Source of the DNA: an uncultured delta proteobacterium | GTDB lineage: Bacteria; Desulfobacterota; Desulfobacteria; Desulfobacterales; JAFDCJ01 | Assembly: GCA_963769935.1 (NCBI GenBank) | Contig: CAVYNY010000035.1 | Location: forward strand, 147,676 to 211,675 | Length of the DNA: 64,000 nt | Reading direction: 5' to 3' | Part shown: positions 61,450 through 64,000 of the stretch, piece after piece | Numbering within the stretch: the first letter of the stretch is position 1 | Layout: each line of letters opens with the position of its first letter | Program-made: the position numbers and the translations under genes | The notes under the pieces: generated by a model | Database searches by the model: none | What the model was told of the DNA's origin: nothing | What the model saw: the letters and a program-made list of their open reading frames with translations, nothing else

Positions 61450-61983
61450 AATAATTAATCCGCCCTAAAATTGGGTTTTCTGGGTTGTAGACGGTTCTTT
61501 AAATACTGTAGAAAGCACTTGCTTCGAAGGTCCGGCGGATTAATTATCTAATGCTGCGCATTTTTTTATGCTGGTTTTATCCTTTTTATATCAGCCTGAA
61601 CCTCTTTCCATGTGGTGAAAAACATTATCAAAATACCCCCCCCCTTTAGGGGATTCATCATTCCACCTTGTTAAAGGGTGGCATCTGACATGTCTGCCAA
61701 CTTGTAATGACAACAATAGGGAAATCAAAAGGCAATGTCAAGTCAAAAAATATGAAATCAATTGATAAGAAAATATTTTTTTGCCGTTTAAATCTGTGTG
61801 TAGCAGTAAAGCAGTGCGAGAATAATGAATATAAATTAGGTCCTATCCCGCCAAGCAAAAAAAATATAAAAAAATTGTTGACTTTCAACCCGGCAATCTT
61901 GTAATTACAAGTATGCGTGAATTGTGTGTCAATTGGAAGGCAGCCGGCCACATCATGCGACCCCAACATGCGAATGGAATGAC

Positions 61984-63255
61984 ATGCTGTATTCGATAAC
62001 ATTTAATCTGGCATTGGCCGTTTTCATTCTGGGAATCATCTACCGGTGCGCCCGATGGGTTACGGTAAAGGTCGGCCCGGATGCCGGCCAATTTTCAGCC
62101 CGGACAAGACTGGCCCGGGCCTTTCAAGGCCTGGTTTCCGTTGTTTTCAGCCGCCGCATATTTCGGTTAATCTGGGTTTTCCTTGGCCGGGTCGTCCTGC
62201 AAGGGCACATCCTTAAAAAGGACCCCTGGCGCTGGTTGATGCATTTCAGCATTTTCGCCGGCATCCTGCTGCTGGTTTTATTCCACGCTCTGGATCGGCA
62301 GATCACGGCCCATTTATTTTCAGATTATTATTCTACCGTGAACCCGTTTCTTTTTTTACGAAATTTATTCGGGGCCATGGTGCTTCTGGGAATTGCGATC
62401 GCCGGATATCGTCGCCTGTCTTCCCGGGAGCTTAAAAAAATCTCGACATCACAGGACGCCCTGGCTCTCGTGTTGCTGGCGATTATTTTATTTTCAGGAT
62501 TTTTGCTGGAAGCCGCCCAGATTATTTCGGAGCCGGTTTTTGACGAGATGGTCGAGCAATACGCCGATTCCGAGGATTCCGAAGCGCGCTCGGCCTTGCA
62601 GAGCTATTGGGCCAAATATTACGGCGTGGTTTTTGCCGCTGCGCCTGATTTAAGCGACCCGGACCTCATCGAAGCCGGCCGGGAGGTTCATCAGGAAAAC
62701 TGTGCCGACTGTCATGCCCGACCCTCCGCGGCCTTTGTATCGAAACCGCTCAGCCGCATAATCAAACCGGCCGGAGTCTGGGCAAATTCGATTCGACTCG
62801 ATCTTATCCTGTGGCAGGTTCATTTTCTATGTTGCTTTGCGATGCTGGCCTATCTGCCTTTCAGCAAGTTTATGCATCTATTCACCAGTTCGGTCAGCTT
62901 AATGGTGCGCAGCCTGGAAGATCGCGGCGCCATGCAACCGGCCAACCGGATCACCCGGCGCGTCGTCTCCCTGGATGCCTGCATGAACTGCGGTCAATGC
63001 AGCCTGCACTGCTCGGTGAAGCCGATCAATCGGGCGCTGGGAAATCAAAACATTCTGCCTTCCCATAAACTGGGGTCATTAAAAAAATATGTTCAAAAAA
63101 GGTTGGCAACTGATCTTGAATTGTCAGCCTTTAATGAAGGCAGCTTTATCTGTACCGAATGTTATCGCTGCACCCAGGTTTGTCCGGCCGGGATAAATTT
63201 GCAGGACCTGTGGCTGGCTTCCAAGGACGACCTGGCATCCCAAGACAATGCGTAG
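61984..63255 (+). CDS. NarI-like membrane protein with a CxxCH heme-c motif and a 2x[4Fe-4S] domain, probably 3'-truncated
   Basis: RWLMH, HFL...YLPFSKFMH (heme b His); CADCH at 62701; CMNCGQCSLHC and CTECYRCTQVCP. Confidence 0.82.
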   Translation: MLYSITFNLALAVFILGIIYRCARWVTVKVGPDAGQFSARTRLARAFQGLVSVVFSRRIFRLIWVFLGRVVLQGHILKKDPWRWLMHFSIFAGILLLVLFHALDRQITAHLFSDYYSTVNPFLFLRNLFGAMVLLGIAIAGYRRLSSRELKKISTSQDALALVLLAIILFSGFLLEAAQIISEPVFDEMVEQYADSEDSEARSALQSYWAKYYGVVFAAAPDLSDPDLIEAGREVHQENCADCHARPSAAFVSKPLSRIIKPAGVWANSIRLDLILWQVHFLCCFAMLAYLPFSKFMHLFTSSVSLMVRSLEDRGAMQPANRITRRVVSLDACMNCGQCSLHCSVKPINRALGNQNILPSHKLGSLKKYVQKRLATDLELSAFNEGSFICTECYRCTQVCPAGINLQDLWLASKDDLASQDNA

Positions 63256-63352
63256 TGTTATGTCGTTTGCTTGGTTCAGTTCGTGTGCTCCCTGCCGACT
63301 GTTGATCTTGCTTCTGGAGAATCGAACGCACGAAATCTTGGAAATTCATACC

Positions 63353-64000
63353 GTGAAAGCAATCACACATTTACAAAAACGACTAATCTAACGGTATTGG
63401 GCCTACCAAAATTCTTACTTCTCTGATTGGTCAAAGTTTTTTGAACGTCCATTCGCCCAAGATGGACGTCCGCCCGTGTTTCTCCCACAAGAAGCATGGC
63501 GAAACGTTATCATCAACCCCCACACGCGTCGACCAGAGTCCAACAAATTGCTTGCGTAATTCCTAGCCAGACAGACACAAGTGGTTCCGTAGCATGAACA
63601 GCTCACAGGCTTTAGCTCAGAGTGTTTTTGGCAACTTGGCAGTATGTGGATATTTACACTGTTTAACTGAACTTCAAGATGATGAAGGCGAATCCTTGCT
63701 AAGGTAAAGCGCAAGTATCGCATGACAACTTTTGGATGGAATTCAAGGTTAGTCATCTGGGAGAGCCACGTCCTACAAGTTTCGATAGATAACTTAGGTG
63801 ACTATCGAGTATCCATCGAATGCAAATTTACAGAGGGAGAAATAGGGACTTGCTCTCGTCCACGATTGGCACCAAGCGGTGAAAACTATGATTATCAGTA
63901 TTGCAATGGTCGTTATTCCAAGCAAAGAACAAGGAAGGAACGATGCTTGGTCAACCAACATTGGTGTGCAGGTGCTTGGCATGTGTTCATCTTATTTTTA
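63353..64000 (+). pseudogene. Degraded PD-(D/E)XK putative restriction endonuclease (PGN_0703-like), partial
   Basis: Across shifting frames: RYWAYQ...DGRPPVF; HKWFRSMNSSQALAQSVFGNL; HLGEPRPTSFD; VSIECKFTEGEIGTCSRP...YCNGRY. Confidence 0.6.

Overview
64-kb bacterial window. Gene content and intergenic repeat style suggest a Desulfobacterota/Deltaproteobacteria-like metagenome assembly (inference), and it carries scattered single-base indels. From left to right: (1) the 5' end of an enediyne-type (PksE-like) iterative PKS running off the left edge, missed by the ORF track; (2) a hybrid sensor kinase and a 4-20 kb patchwork of intact genes (IolD-like ThDP enzyme, higA, SleB-type hydrolase, gpmA, acyl-CoA dehydrogenase, kinase-M23-aminotransferase fusion) mixed with truncated or chimeric gene scars; (3) HAD genes and a heavily frameshifted polyamine-type ABC operon; (4) a ~20-kb minus-strand sugar-catabolism island (two ABC systems, three binding proteins, two FGGY kinases including LyxK-like, URO-D-like protein, aldo-keto reductase, glycerol dehydrogenase-like enzyme, lactonase, IclR); (5) the best candidate for an undescribed system, a compact RpiR-led bacterial microcompartment (BMC) operon with 2 BMC-H, 1 BMC-T(dp), 1 BMC-P and a putative encapsulation-peptide scaffold. 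Its only enzymes are a KGPDC/HPS-family protein fused to an aminotransferase-like C-terminal domain and a catalytically divergent PanB homolog; no aldehyde dehydrogenase or PduL is present; (6) PBP1b plus a TPR lipoprotein, glpAB, and a NarI-like membrane Fe-S/heme protein cut at an abrupt junction into a degraded PD-(D/E)XK nuclease gene. No rRNA, tRNA or CRISPR array was recognised. All family calls are by-eye motif recognition, not database searches.
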